The position numbers and the translations under genes were made by a program. Shown here piece after piece: positions 1-13,690 of a stretch of 64,000 bases of DNA. Numbering within the stretch: position 1 is the first letter of the stretch; each line of letters starts with the position of its first letter. Origin of the DNA: Octopus vulgaris. Lineage: Eukaryota. The stretch lies in NCBI GenBank assembly GCA_951406725.2, contig OX597821.1, positions 99,820,001 to 99,884,000 of the forward strand. Reading direction: 5' to 3'. The notes under the pieces were generated by a model. The model was given only the letters and a program-made list of their open reading frames with translations, searched no databases and was not told the DNA's origin.

Positions 1-482
1 CATCAGCTGGTAATTAAAAGTTCTAATGACTGCAATAAATAAACAATTATTTATACATTTCTGGGGGAAGACAGTTTGTTTGACAAGCTGTGTGACTCTG
101 ATGTGTGAGGTGGACGATATGGAGTTCAGCACGTGTGTGTGAATGTGTGTGTGTATATGTATGTGTTTATATATATATACATACACACACACACACACAC
201 ACACATACATATACACACACATATATATATATATATAACATATGCATGCATGCATATACATGAATGCAACCCGCAGAGACATTTGTCAGAGTCTCCACTT
301 TTTTTTTTTTTTTTCAAATTGTTAATGATGATTCAAACCTGGTAAGTATGAGATAGACTGTGGAAGCAAGAGAAAGACTATTGTGTCAAAGCTAAAGCAA
401 ACAATCGTTATGAAACATTAGCCTCATTAAAGGCGATGATGTTATATTATTAAAATGGGCACTGAACTCAAGGCATAAACAT

Positions 483-1032
483 TTGTATGTATATATGTAT
501 GTATGTATGTATGTATGTGTATGTATGTATGCATATATGTATGTATGTATATATGTATGCATATATATATATGCATATATATATGTATATATATATGTAT
601 GTATGTATATATGTATGCATATATATATATGCATATATATATGTATATATGTATGCATATATATATGTATATATGTATGCATATATATATGTATATATGT
701 ATGTATGTATATATGTATGCATATATATATGCATATATATATGTATATATGTATGCATATATATATGTATATATGTATGCATATATATATGTATATATGT
801 ATGCATATATGTATGTATATATATATATATATATGCATATATGTATGTATATGTTTGCATATATATATGTATGCATATATGTATATGTATGTAAATATGT
901 ATATATATATAAATGTATGTATGTGTATATGTGTATGTACGTATGTATATATACATATATGTGTATGTACGTATGTATATATACATATATGTATGTGTAT
1001 GTATGCATATATATGTATATAATGTATATGTA
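483..1032. repeat. Compound (TA)/(TATG)/(TGCA) microsatellite
   Basis: Directly visible. Confidence 0.95.
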
Positions 1033-3905
1033 TCAAGATTCTTTTGCCTATGTTGACATTGCTTGAAGCATAAACTGGTAGTGGATCACACCCTCAGCTC
1101 CTCCCACTCCACATATTTAAAATTCAAATAAATAAAGAATTCATTGGATGCAGATCCTTTAATTGTTAGGATCATGGATAGAACGAAAGTCATATGACCT
1201 GACTCTGCAAAATTCCCTCTTTTCTTTTTTTGTTATTTTATATTTTGTTGAAAAAAGAAATCAGAAACAAGAAATTGCCTCTCCTCATTTATTTATAAAT
1301 ATTATGTTTTTTTTTTTTATTAAGGGATAATAACTTGAAGTGTAAAACTGGGTTCTTATCAAGCTACATTTAAATAATGATAACGATTATATAATGGCAT
1401 AGCTGTAATATGTGTTACCCAGGGCAATCCTTGGGTTTGTTGACCCCCTCCTCACTGGGGCCAATACAGCTTATACAGGCTTATATTGCCGATCCAAAAA
1501 TGCCTCCCTTACTATACTACTGTGTTTATTATATAAAGATAATAATAACAAATAGCTTACAATTGAAAAGCTTACAATTTCCTTTGAGAGGGTCTTATAT
1601 ATATTTCTTTCATTACTTCGACTGTGTTGGAGAACTAGTCATTGAATATCTAATTACTGTTGGTAGATATCACTAAAGTTCTTATTGAAATCAGAGTTAT
1701 AAAGGAATAAAGGATGTGAGAGATTAAATAAAATGCTTAAATGGGGACCATCAATGGACTACAATGACGCTTGCTAAGTTGCTTTTCCTCATTCACTTTG
1801 CCCTCCTGATTTTTCCATTTTGCTTTTCATAACAGACCAAAAGAAAATCTCTGCTCTTTATTTTGCTTGTCTACCTCTTTTTCATTCACTGCCTTTATGT
1901 GTATGTATGTATATATATATATATATATATGTATGTATATATATTATATATATATCTACTTTATCATGTTTGATAATACTTTTGAAATGACAGTTATCTG
2001 GCAAAGATCTGATGAGATAGCTATGTTTTACATAGTTTACTTATATTTTTAATAACTAGAATTGTTATCTTATTTAAAAAGTACATGAATTAGACTTTTT
2101 TTAAAAATTAATATTCTTCCAAGAGATTAACCCTTTCATTACCATATTTCTATTGAAATATAAGCCTTTTGTCTTAATTAATTTTGGAAATAACGAAGAA
2201 TTTAATAAATTGACTTTGCTATTAATTATTATGCTGGTGTTTGGAACACAAATCAGCATGAAATTTTGGGTGGATGGTTTTTAATTTAGACCACTTAAAA
2301 ACCAGAAACCTGTACCATAGAACCAGGGGCAATCTGAAATGGGTTGTTAACAAAAATGTTCAACTATTAAAATAATAAAGAAAAAAATAAACAAATGGAT
2401 TTTTAAACATTGTTTTATACATTTCTTAATCATACTTTCTAAAATGCTTGTAATTAAATATATACAATGAAATAATTGATCTGATGTTCTTTCTTCTGGT
2501 TCAATTAGAAACATCCTTTTCCAAACTTTGCACACAAGTGAAAAGGTTAGGAATTGTGTTGTTCTCATGGTTGTGACTTCTACTTTCATTAACTATATTA
2601 TAATGGTTAATATATTATTTTCCCTCTCATGATGAGGATGATATTGAGTTCTCTAGATAAATCTATCATAGGTTTTTATGGCAGCTAAGTCACAACTTAA
2701 CCATTTTTTTTTTTTTTCACAGAAATGCTATTTCCTTTTTGTCTTGTTTTCCCACGAATCATTAGGTGCTTTATCGTTTGGATTGGATTAAATTAATTTC
2801 ATTGTAATAACAACCAGAATAATGCCTATTTTTACCTTGATTGAGGTTCTTTATTTTTCACTGGTTCATACTCTTGTGAGAAGACAAGAGGCTATTTAAA
2901 TGTTGTAATAATCAGGAAACACTAGTGTATTTCCAATTCCTTAAAACATTTTTTATTTTCATTATTTTATTCCATGTCTAATATCTAAAAAAGAACGAAG
3001 ACAAAAGAACCAACAAACATTGACTTGATTTATTTAAGATTTACTTCTGAAAACTGAGTCAATTCAATTACAAATTTATCCTTTCAAGTAATATTCAGTT
3101 AATATTTTTTCTCAAGCTTTAAACACTTCTTCAAATATCATTGTCATAGAGGCAACAAAAAAAAAAAATTGAAAAAAAAAGCGATAAAACGGAAGAAAAA
3201 GAATCATTTTATACAAACAGATTTTGTGTCTATTTTGTTTTCTGAGTCTGTGTGAAAAATGTTAAGAGGGGAAGAATAGGACTAGAAACTTTTGAAGTCA
3301 GCTGTTTCCTAATAACTTGTATTATCAAGTGGAGTGATGTTTTTCTTTTTCTCTAAAATACGTTAGGAACATAGATGGCTGTATCTGTTGTTTTGATGGT
3401 TGAAGATTATAGAGAAAGTAGTTTTTTCTACTTCAGTGTTCCCCCCCCCCCCCATTGTTTCACAAAATGAAGTGGAAAGCAAGTTGAAGTAGAATTGAAT
3501 ACAGAGTTGTCTCTCTCTCTCCCTGCTACCTGCTAGAGCTAATTGTTATTGTTTATGGTTTGAACTCAGGACATAAGCGACTAGCAAAATGTTGCTAAGC
3601 ATTTTGCCTGGCATGCTAACGATTCTGCCAGCTTGCCACCTTAAATAATAATAATAATAATAATAATTAATAATTAATAATAATAATTAATAATAATAAT
3701 AAAAATATTCTTTAAGGTAATGAGCTGGCAGAATCATTAGCATGCCAGGCAAAATGCATAGCAGTATTTTGCCCATCGCTATGTTCTGAGTTCAAATTCC
3801 ACTGAGGTCGACTTCACTTTTCATCCTTTCGACTAGTCCCCTCCTCAAATTTCAGGCCTTGTGCCTTTTGTAGAAAGGATTATTATTGTTGTTGTTATTA
3901 TTATT

Positions 3906-4442
3906 GAGTAAGAGAGCAGTGGGGTAAAATATATGAAGCCCATTATACCCATCATTACTACCCGTCTGATAAGGGTACACTAGGCACATGCATCACAACC
4001 ACATGTGCATGACATGGAGATCTCATATCAAGATAAACAGCACATGACCTTGCATGTGGGGCCCAGTTAGAATTTTCTTCTGGTCAAGTAACCCATCCCG
4101 CTCAAAAGGTCCTTGAATAAGGGTTGTTTAAGGATGTTGAATGAAACACCCATGTTTCCAGAGGTGAATTATTAAAACCCCAAAGAATCCCTCTCAACAC
4201 ATAGCTATGATGAGGCTCCCCCACAACTTCTGCTGCGTGATCAGAGATGCACATATCGTCAGCCACCAAGGGACATGCTCAACTGGTTACGGTCAAACAA
4301 CTGACAAGCAAATCTGTGGTATTGAGCAGAATATTTGCTGTAGCCCATCTTTTATACCAAGACAACACAATGTACATGATAACACTTCCAATCAGTTAAG
4401 ATCAGAAGCCACGAGAGCCACTGCCTGGTACTGCATCAGGGC

Positions 4443-4446
<4 letters not shown>
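3906..4446 (-). mobile_element. Non-coding (TAA)n-embedded repeat, copy 1
   Basis: Reverse complement is highly similar to 42791-43250; flanked by (TTA)n on both sides. Confidence 0.85.
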
Positions 4447-4495
<49 letters not shown>

Positions 4496-5492
4496 GAGGT
4501 AATGAGCAGATAGAACTGTTAGCATGCTGGACAAAATCCTCAGCAGCATTTCACCTGTTTCTACATTCTGAGGTCAACTCAGCCTTATAATGAAATAAGT
4601 ACCAGTCATGTACTGAGGTCAATATAATCAACTAGATCCCTTCCCCACCAGATTTCAGGCCTTGTGCCTGTAGTAGAAAGGATTATTATAACAGACAAAA
4701 TGCCTTGCAGTATCTCATCCAACTCTTTACAATCTGAGTTCAAATCTCACCATGGTTGAATTTGCCTCTAATAAATCCAAGTCCTGCTCAGAAATGGCTG
4801 GGGGCTGATTAAATTGAATTTGCTCACTTTTCTTTTTTTTTAAGCCTGGTGTCCTGAAGTTAGAAGTCCTATTAATTAATATAATTATCGTTATTATCAA
4901 AGTGGCCAACTGGCAGACTCATTACCTTGTCAGACAAAATGCTTAGCAGGATTTCTTCCTGCCCTTTATGTTCTAAGTTCAAATTCAGCTGATGTCAACA
5001 CTGCCTTTTGTGCTTTTGGGTTTGATATATAAAGTACATGTTGGGCATTGGGGTTGGCATAGTCAACTGACACCTTCCTTCCAAAATTGCTGGCCTTGTG
5101 CCAAAATTAGAAATTATTACCATTATTGTTACAGAGTTGGACAAAATGCTTTGCAGCGTTTCTTTGGGCTCCTTATGATCTGAGATCAAATCCTGCCAAA
5201 GTCAGCTTTGCTTTTCATCCCTCCAGGGTGAATAAAATAAAGTATCACAAATACCAGATGACATTGACAGATTCTCTCCCCTTAAAATTTGCCAGCCTTG
5301 TGCCTAAATCAAATAATTGTTATTAAGGGCAAATTTGTCAGAACTTTGAACTTTAAATGTGGATATTCTAGAAGAAGCTTTTCTTCTGTAGTTACCATGA
5401 GAGAAACTCTCATATTGGCTTTTTGGTGAAAAATGCACTCCTGTTTATATTGCTGGCAGAGAGATAAATACCTGCTACCCCCAGCACTGAGA

Positions 5493-5539
5493 CCACCAGA
5501 TCATGTGATTTCGACCTTGTTTGGTCTTGTCAGTGATGG
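5493..5539 (-). ncRNA. Type I hammerhead ribozyme (G8A, probably inactivated)
   Basis: Minus strand reads ccatca CTGACAA gacc-aaacaa-ggtc GAAA tcacatga TC tggtgg. Stems I, II and III all pair. CTGACAA and tcacatga look like CpG-decayed CTGACGA and tcacgtga. Confidence 0.75.
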
Positions 5540-6182
5540 GACACTTGACCACTAGAGACATCAGTGATTCATTCCCCTGCTACTGATATATAGACTGATA
5601 GTGTCAGAACAGGCACTGGTGTTGCGATGAGCCAGTTAACTTGTTGGTACTATGTTCTGGCTGTTTACATTGTGAGTTCAAACCTCATTGAGGTTATCTC
5701 TGACAGCGATTAACTCATCTCCCTGAAATTTCTGGTGCTTAAGTAAGAAATTATTATTTAAGGTGATGGATTGGCAGAATCATTAGAGCATCCAACAAAA
5801 TGCCTTGTGGTATTTAATTAAAACCGTGGTAGCGCGGAAAACGGATGTTAAACGATGATGATGATTTTACATTCTGATTTCAAGTATTGCCTAGCTCAAC
5901 TTTGACTTAGGCCCTTCCAGAGTTGTTATGTCAAATACAGTACAGGGGTTGAGGGCATTGACTAAATCCCCTCTCCTCACCTCAGAACTACTGGCCTTGA
6001 GCTTAAATTAGAAACATTATTATTATTATTTTGGACAGAGTTGATGAAATAAAGTTCCAGTGAAGTACAAGGGTTGATAGCATCAACTAACTCTTCTCCT
6101 TAAAATTGCTGGCTTTGTGCCAAAATTTGAAAACATTATTATTATGCTAATACTTGCTAATTTAATTAGCAGGAATTTTATC

Positions 6183-6222
<40 letters not shown>

Positions 6223-7236
6223 GGTGATGAGCTGGCAGAACCATTAACACACTGGAAAAATGCTTATCGGCATTTTGTCCATCTTAACAGTCTGAGTTCA
6301 AATTCCACTGAGGTTAACTTTGCCTTTCATCCTTTAAGGGTTGATAAAATAAGTACCAGTTGACCATTGGGTCAGTGTTATCAACTTAACCCCTCCCTTG
6401 AAATTTCTGGCCTTGTGCCAAAATTGTAAATCCTTCTTATTATTATTACAGGCTAGTAACAGTGATGATATTGCAACAGACATAGATGCTATGGAATAGT
6501 TTTATCCCTTTACTGCTTGATTTCAAGTCCCTCTGGTGGGAGTAAGGGATGTCAACTTTCCCTTTCGTCTCTCTGAAGCCAATAAAATTAAATAAAATAG
6601 AACCATTTGTGGGTAGACTCAATCAACTTATATTCCTTCTCTTTTGAAATTTTCAGGCTTTGGGCCAATGCAAGACACAATTATCATTATTATATAATAT
6701 TGAAGAGGACCATTAAAAGAGGGGTGGGAGTTTAAAAAAGGATGATGTTATTGTATTACAAACATTTGAAAATATTAGCAAAAGAGAGAGGAAGAGTTTT
6801 ATTCATTAGTGATAGTGGATTTGTATGTGTGTGTGTGTTTGTGTGAGGCGGGGGGAGGGGAGGGTTATGAATACCATTCTTGTTATGCTAATGTGATAAA
6901 GGTTTAATTCTGGATCAGTCATAAATCTCAGCTGATTACCAGACATACTGAAAGGAAACCTCAAATTATTAAAGTGTTCAATATGTGGAACTCTGACATA
7001 ACATTACAAATTTATCAAACAATCATCGATTTTTTTTCTTTTTTTTTCCCCCCCGCTCCACTCTCCCCCCATTTCAAGTTTTATGTCACAAATACAATTG
7101 TTTTTTTTTTTATTTTCATTTTTTTTTTCCAAATTTTCAAAGGAGTGTATTTTTTGATAAAAAAAATAAATTTCTGGCATCATTTATTTTATTTTGGTTG
7201 TGTTATTTTTTAAGAAATTTTGTATCAAACTCTTCA

Positions 7237-7267
<31 letters not shown>

Positions 7268-7957
7268 ATTAAGAACAATTGCAATTGTTTGGGTTTTTAT
7301 GAAACAGATGATATGAAGAATTACTTCCCTTGAATTTGGTTTGAAGAACACGGTATTCCAGTTCAATCAAGTACAAAATTGTTCTCTTCCTGTTTTGTTA
7401 TTGATCTGTTTCACAGATTTATTGCCGTTATATGACTTTAGCTTGTTCACTTACAAATTATGATTTATAATATATATTGATTTCTCACATGCTGTGAGGT
7501 ATTGACTTAATAAGGGCATGACAAATGATATAATGTGACATGCATTCCTCTGCTTAATGGTATGCTCCAGAACACCAATAACATTCCATCATCGTCTCTT
7601 ATAAATCAAAGCCTTAAAAGATCTTACAGAAATCATTATATTGGAATGCATTTAAAAATCAAAAATTTATTCGTAGAACAATCTAATTTATAAAAGTTTG
7701 TAGCAGAGTGTACTTGATTTGTTCATTTTTACACCTGGGTTTTCCATGATAGCATGGTGGGTGCCTTTCCTGCTGTTTGGCTTTACTTTTTTTTAAAGTA
7801 AGTTATCTTGTTTTTTTTTATTCTGCTCATCTTCGAAAACACAGCAAGCAAATGATTATTTTTTTTGTGTCAAGGGATACCAACTAATATCCATGATTTT
7901 TAGTTAAGTGCCTTCATGTGAAACACACAATGTAAATGTTCACACACACACACACGC

Positions 7958-7992
<35 letters not shown>

Positions 7993-8436
7993 CACACACA
8001 CAGACACACGTACAGCTGAGAGGTTAAGAAGTTTACTTGACAACCATGTGGTTTCCTGTTCAATCACACTGCACTGAACTTTGGCGTCTTGTGTTATGGT
8101 CCTGGGCCAGCTAATGCTCTGTGGGTAAATTTGGTTGACAGAAGCTGCAGGAAGCTAGTCTGGACTCTTTTGCTGAACTGCTAAGTTATAAGGACATAAA
8201 GAAACTAACACCAGTTGTCAAGCAGTGGTGGGGGACTGATGTAGACACATAACTGGCTTCTTTCATTTTCCATCTACCAAATCCACTCACATGGCTTTGG
8301 TCTACCTGAGGCTATAGTAGAAGACAGTTATCCAAGGTGCCACACAGTGGGACTGAACCTGAAACCATATGGTTGGGAAGCAAACTTTTTACCACACAGC
8401 CACACCTGTACCTATATATATATGTATATATATATG

Positions 8437-8720
8437 TGGAGGTGCAATGGCACAGCGGTTAGGGCAGCGGACTCGCGGTCTTAGGATTGCAGTTTCGATT
8501 CCCAGACCGGGCATTGTGAATGTTTATTGAGCGAAAACACCTAAGGCTCCGGTAGGGGCTGGTGGCGATCCCTGGTGTACTCTTTTGCCACAAATTTCTT
8601 CTGTTGGCCTTCTCGCTTAGCCAGCAGGGTGGCGTCATTTGAAGGCTAAAGCAATGCGAAGCACATTGTGACCAGTGATGTGTAGCAACATCTGATAGCC
8701 TGGTTGGTCATGTGATCTCA
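8437..8720 (+). mobile_element. tRNA-derived SINE (family C)
   Basis: Head ggaggtgcaatggcacagcggttagggcagcggactcgcggtc...gtttcgattccc. An antisense copy lies at ~37600-37797. Confidence 0.75.
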
Positions 8721-8759
<39 letters not shown>

Positions 8760-8791
8760 ATGGTCATCTCATCAGACAATTGAAAATTCTA

Positions 8792-8841
8792 GCATCTGAT
8801 GAGATAGCCATGCCCTAGGTGTCCACGAAACTTTGTCATGT
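8792..8841 (+). ncRNA. Degenerate type I hammerhead
   Basis: gcat CTGATGA g...c GAAA ctttg TC atgt, with weak stem II; follows (TA)n. A related decayed copy lies at 54812-54848. Confidence 0.5.
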
Positions 8842-10049
8842 GGAGCTGAGTACAAGACACTTGCTGAAGGTATCACGAAGTGGAACTGCAGCAAAAACCA
8901 AGTGGTTGGGAAAGAAACTTCTTAACCATACAACCAAGTCTTACATTTTTTATTAATTTCTAATGATCCTCTTTGTATAAAACATTGGTAAGCTTCCTAT
9001 TCTTTGCTTCTCTCTTAAAAGGTTCAACAGAAACAGCAAATAAGTTTTGTCATCCTGATAACATAATTCATGTGGAGGCTGAGTTAGGGGTAGCATTTGA
9101 AGGAGTGTTGAAAGGATTACAAAAGATCATGTGTTTATGTTAGCAAGAAGGATTTTGACAGCAGGTAACCTCTATGAATCATATGAAAGATGTGTGATTC
9201 CTTAAGGCAGTGAAAGTAAAGCATCTACAGTAATATGAGTGGAATGAGTTGAGGTATTTTTGTTGGTGTTCTCTAAATAATTATGGCTGAAAATTAGAGC
9301 CTTGTGGTATTTGTTCTGACTTACTGTGTTCTGAGTTCAAATCCTGCAGAGGTCATCTTTGATTTTCATCCTTTTTGGGATCAATAGAAAAAGTACCAAT
9401 ATTCATTGCATTTGGGCACATGGAAGCCTATCCTAGCTATTTATTTTCTGATTTTATTTATTGAAGATTTTATTTATTTATTTTGGAAGAGTGTCTGATG
9501 TATGTATAAATGGTGGGGAATAAATGAATGAATGATGACAATTTTAACGAAAGGGAAAATTATTCATGAATGTCAGTCTACCATCTGCTGGCCAAGTATG
9601 GCCAAACTTCTCTTATTCCTCACAGATACAGATGCAGCCAAATTGTGATCAACAAAGAACCAGGCAGCCTTACAACAGAAGACTGGCCCTTTTCTTCTGT
9701 AGGTTCCAAAACATTAAGGCAATAATTTTAAACAGAGGTGCAATGAACGGTAGGTCTAATGAGATTGCAGAGATGTGTGTTGTGGGCAAGAAGTAAGATG
9801 GAAGGGATATTCAAATAAACTCCTCACATATAGCAGATCATCATCATCATCATCATCATTTAATGTCCGTTGTCCATGCTGGCATCGGTTGGATGGTTTG
9901 GCCAGAGCTGGGAAGCTGCACCAGACTCCAGTCTGATTTGGCATAGTGTCTACAGCTGGGTGCCCTTCCTAACATTTTACAAGTGCTTTTATGTGGTGCC
10001 TGTGCCATGTAAAAGCATCCAGCACAATCTGTAAAGTGGTTGGTGTTAG

Positions 10050-12295
10050 AATAGCAGTTCAAACTCTTCTGGATGAGCAGTAGTGATGGCAGAGGTAGGG
10101 TAAATGAACTGTTAACGGAGACATAGATTGGTAAAATAATTGAGGTAGTCAGAATGAGTGACAGGATAATTAAGACTAATTATAGGCAGCACAACAGCAA
10201 CATTTCTCTTGGTATATTCCCCACAGGTGGGACTGACAGAAGAGCAAGGATTGCTTCTGTGGGAGACTTCTGCAGACTGCTTCTGTGGTGAGTGACAGCA
10301 ACCTCATTATTGTAGCTAGTGACTTCAGCGAACATGTTGATGGCTTTTGCAGTGTACATGGAAGCTATGGTTATGGATTGAGAAATGAGGCAGATGTAAG
10401 ACTTCTGGAGTTTTGCGATACAACTGATCTAACAATTTGCAACACACTCTTTAAGAAACTGCCCAACCAGTTCATCACCTATGAATCTAGTGAACACCCA
10501 TTATATTGTTTACATTCTCAGCAGGAAACGGGACAGAAGTGGTTATTGTGAATATCAAAACCGTTCCTGTTGAAGAATGCAATATGCAACACAGATTAGG
10601 GGCTAGTGATTTCTGTGTCAGAACTTGGTGGATTGCAGAAAAGAAAAACAGCATTGAGAAGAAAGGATACAGCAATTGAAAATAGGTTTGGAGAAATTGT
10701 AAATGACACACATAACTGCATGGAAAAAGATTTAGATACTTGTTGAATATACAGCATCTGGGAATTTTGTGATAACCTGTTTAGGACTACAGATCTGACA
10801 TGAGGCTGGAGCAAAGTCCCATGATGGTAGTGATGAGGTAGTAAAGGCTAAGAGACAGGCTTAGAAAGACTGGAAAAATGGTGGTAGTAAGGAGCACTAC
10901 ATAAGGATTAGAAGGATATTTAAGTGTCAAGTATATTTGGAGGCAGAAAAAAGATTTACATATCCTGCAACATGAGGATCTGAGGTGTAAGGTGTTCAGG
11001 ATTATAAGACAATGTGTGAGAGAGAACCAAGAAGTTATAATGATGAGAGAAAACTCACCATCAATATGCAACAAAAGAAACTGGCATGGGATTGCTATTA
11101 TTAAAGGTTACTGAATGTGGAGAATGCATGAGATAAACACGGATTATCTCTAACTGACCCAAGCAATCCAGGTTGACAGCAATGTGGTAGATAAAGTGAT
11201 TAAGGATATAAAGAGGAGTGAAAGCTGTGTGTCTGTCAAAGGTAGTTTCAGAGATGCTTAAAATATCTGGTGAACTGGTGTGCAAGATTACCAGCTGGAA
11301 AGTTAATCAAGTCATTCAGGAAGATGTCATAGCCAATGCCTGGCATAGCAGTATCATTGTAAAATGCTACAGGGGCAAAAGTGATGCCTTAGAGAAAAGC
11401 AACTATTGGGAATCAAACTTCTTGATCAAGTTATGGAGGTCATGGGGGAAGTCATATCCCAGTTGATCTGTGATAGAGTAGACTTGGATGAGATGCAGTT
11501 TGGTTCTGAACCTGAAAGAGACACACACCACAGATTCAATATTCATGAGGTAACTACAGGAGAAATACCTGGTTAAGAATAAACCTTTATACCTGGCTTT
11601 TGTTCATTTTGAGAAAGCATTTGACAGAGTACCACATTCAATAATCTGGTGGATACTGAGGAAATTAGGAGTAGATGAATGGCTTGTGCAGGCAGTTTAA
11701 ATTATGCAGAAGGATGCAGCAAGTAAAACGAGACTTGGCAATAACTAGTATGAAGTTAGGAGTCCATCAAGGTTCAGCCCTCCATCCTTTCCTATTCATC
11801 ATAGTCCTACAAGTAATCAGAAAGGAGTTTAAGACTGACAATCCATAGGAAACTCCTTTATGCTGATGATCTAGTTCTTATAGCTGAATTAATATCGGAA
11901 TTAGAGAAGTTCCCAGGCATGAGAGCATAATCTGGATTCGAGAGGCCTTAAGGTAAACCTAATAAAGATTAAGGTTTTAGTTGGCATGAAAGGAGATAGG
12001 ACCTTCGTAGCTTCAGGAAAATAGCTTGATCAATATGCATGAAAGGAGTAAGTATAAACTCCATATGCTGTACTCAGTGTAAGCTATGGACATACAAAAG
12101 ATCTGGAATCACTGGCAGACTGTCAGAAAATGTAAGCTTCATATGCAGTAAATGCACAGTTCATAAGAGTACACTGGAAACTGAGTCTCCTAAATGCCCA
12201 GAAGAAGTAGTTGATAGTTTTTGTCACCTAGGGGATGAAATCAGAAAAGGAAATGGTCTGCTCTGAAAGGATTGTAGCTAGAGTGAACTCATGGT
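10050..12295 (+). mobile_element. Degenerate RTE-clade LINE (APE endonuclease + RT)
   Basis: Broken frames give DFSEHV...GYGLRNEADVRLLEFC...ICNTLFKK (APE), YLAFVHFEKAFDRVP, GVHQGSAL and ELLYADDLVLIAE (RT), then C-x2-C...C-x2-C and EVVDSFCHLGD. Many stops and frameshifts. Confidence 0.9.
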
Positions 12296-12563
12296 AAAAT
12301 ATATTGAAGTTTCTGTGGAAATTCTAGAGTACAAGCATCTTCTCCTCATCTTTGAACAAGGTATCAGTTACTTACAAGTTTAAACTTCTCCCCAGCTGTT
12401 ACTGGCATTGTATTTCAGCTGAGTGGACTGGAGCATTGAGAAATGAAGTGCCATGCTGAAACATGCAATACAGCAGCCTATTCAAGAACTGAACCCTTGA
12501 TGTAATGGTTGTGAAGCCAACATTCTAACCACATGCATCTTCACACACTATATATCATCAAAA

Positions 12564-12599
12564 CTGTCTGATGAATGGGAATGTGAAATTGTGTAACAG
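12564..12599 (+). ncRNA. Minimal type I hammerhead (CpG-decayed)
   Basis: ctgt CTGATGA atg-ggaa-tgt GAAA ttgtg TA acag. Core intact, 4-bp stem I, wobble-rich stem II. Confidence 0.65.
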
Positions 12600-12835
12600 C
12601 CTTGTGATAATATTGCAGTTCTAATAACAGCATATTACTCTACCTTTGGTATTCAAATACTGTCTTTTCCACCGTGTTTTGCATTTACGTGCTCCCCTGT
12701 GTGTGCATGTATGTATATATATATGTATATATATATAGTTAATCCAAACATGAACAAGCAAGAAAAAACAACCTGAGGACATTGGAATAAGTACAGTGTT
12801 ATTGGACTCTTAGGAAAGGAAAGAAAAGAAAGACG

Positions 12836-12870
12836 ATTTCACGTTTCGAGTGGAGCTCTTCATCAGAAAT
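12836..12870 (-). ncRNA. Minimal type I hammerhead (GTG at cleavage triplet, likely inactive)
   Basis: attt CTGATGA a gagc-tcc-actc GAAA cg TG aaat. Lies in a ~200-bp repeat (12738-12933) that recurs at 52003-52200. Confidence 0.65.
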
Positions 12871-13232
12871 ATAGAAAATGTCCAAAGAAGGGAAGACAGA
12901 GAAAGAAAATCGCCAACGGTACACATGCGGTCATGCATGTATGTCTATATATATGTGTGTGTGTATGTATAATTTACATACATACATACATATATAATTA
13001 ATAATATCAGGGTAGGAAAAAACTTTAGAAATTTTTACTTCCAGTGGCCTAGCGTGTAGAAAAATTAGTCCATAGACTATATATTATTCATATGAATACA
13101 GTACACATTTAAACACATAAGAGGTAACCATCATAGGTAACCTAGCACACTAGAAGGAATAGCTAAAATCCAAATCACTATTAGGGATAAATTTCGAAGG
13201 GAATGAAAAATAAAAACATTTACCATCTTTCT

Positions 13233-13302
13233 CCTGGACCATGGTTTCTAGCTCTATGTTAGCAAATAAAATAATTTGCCAGATGGAGCTTTCATCAACA
13301 GG
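13233..13302 (-). ncRNA. Type I hammerhead with extended stem II and palindromic stem III (C3U)
   Basis: cctg TTGATGA a agctc-[catctggcaaattattttatttgctaacata]-gagct a GAAA ccatgg TC cagg. An inverted partial copy lies at 13329-13384. Confidence 0.75.
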
Positions 13303-13654
13303 TATGCAAAGATTAAACATATAAATACGAAAGCTCCACCTGGCAAATTATTTTATTTGCTAACATAGAGCTAGAAACCATGGTTTTTTTTGATGTCCTG
13401 TATCCATATATGCATGTATATATACATATATATGTAGGTATGTACATATATGTACGTATATATATATATATTTATATATTATTTATATATTATTTATATT
13501 ATTATATGATTGAATTCCATGCATCTTTTTCCAAGTAAGTTTTATATATATATATATATATAAAGGGAAAGTTTACGAAAATAAACAAAAGATGAAGGCA
13601 GGTAGTGTACAAACAAACAGATGTATTAGTATAGTGCTCAGGAATAGAAAAAGT

Positions 13655-13690
13655 CTTTTACATTTCGAGCCTACGCTCTTCTACAGAAAG
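13655..13690 (-). ncRNA. Minimal type I hammerhead-like motif (variant core CTGTAGA)
   Basis: cttt CTGTAGA a gagc-gtag-gctc GAAA tg TA aaag. Same architecture as the 12836 and 52097 copies. Confidence 0.55.

Noticed and set aside
300-350. Donor-like ctgGTAAGT on + (also cagGTAAGA at the window end)
   Set aside because: No supportable exon or coding frame.
392-1066. Long ORFs rich in YIHT/MYVC here and at 14823-15722, 46785-47426 and 52641-54399
   Set aside because: Stop-free translations of microsatellites in several frames; not genes.
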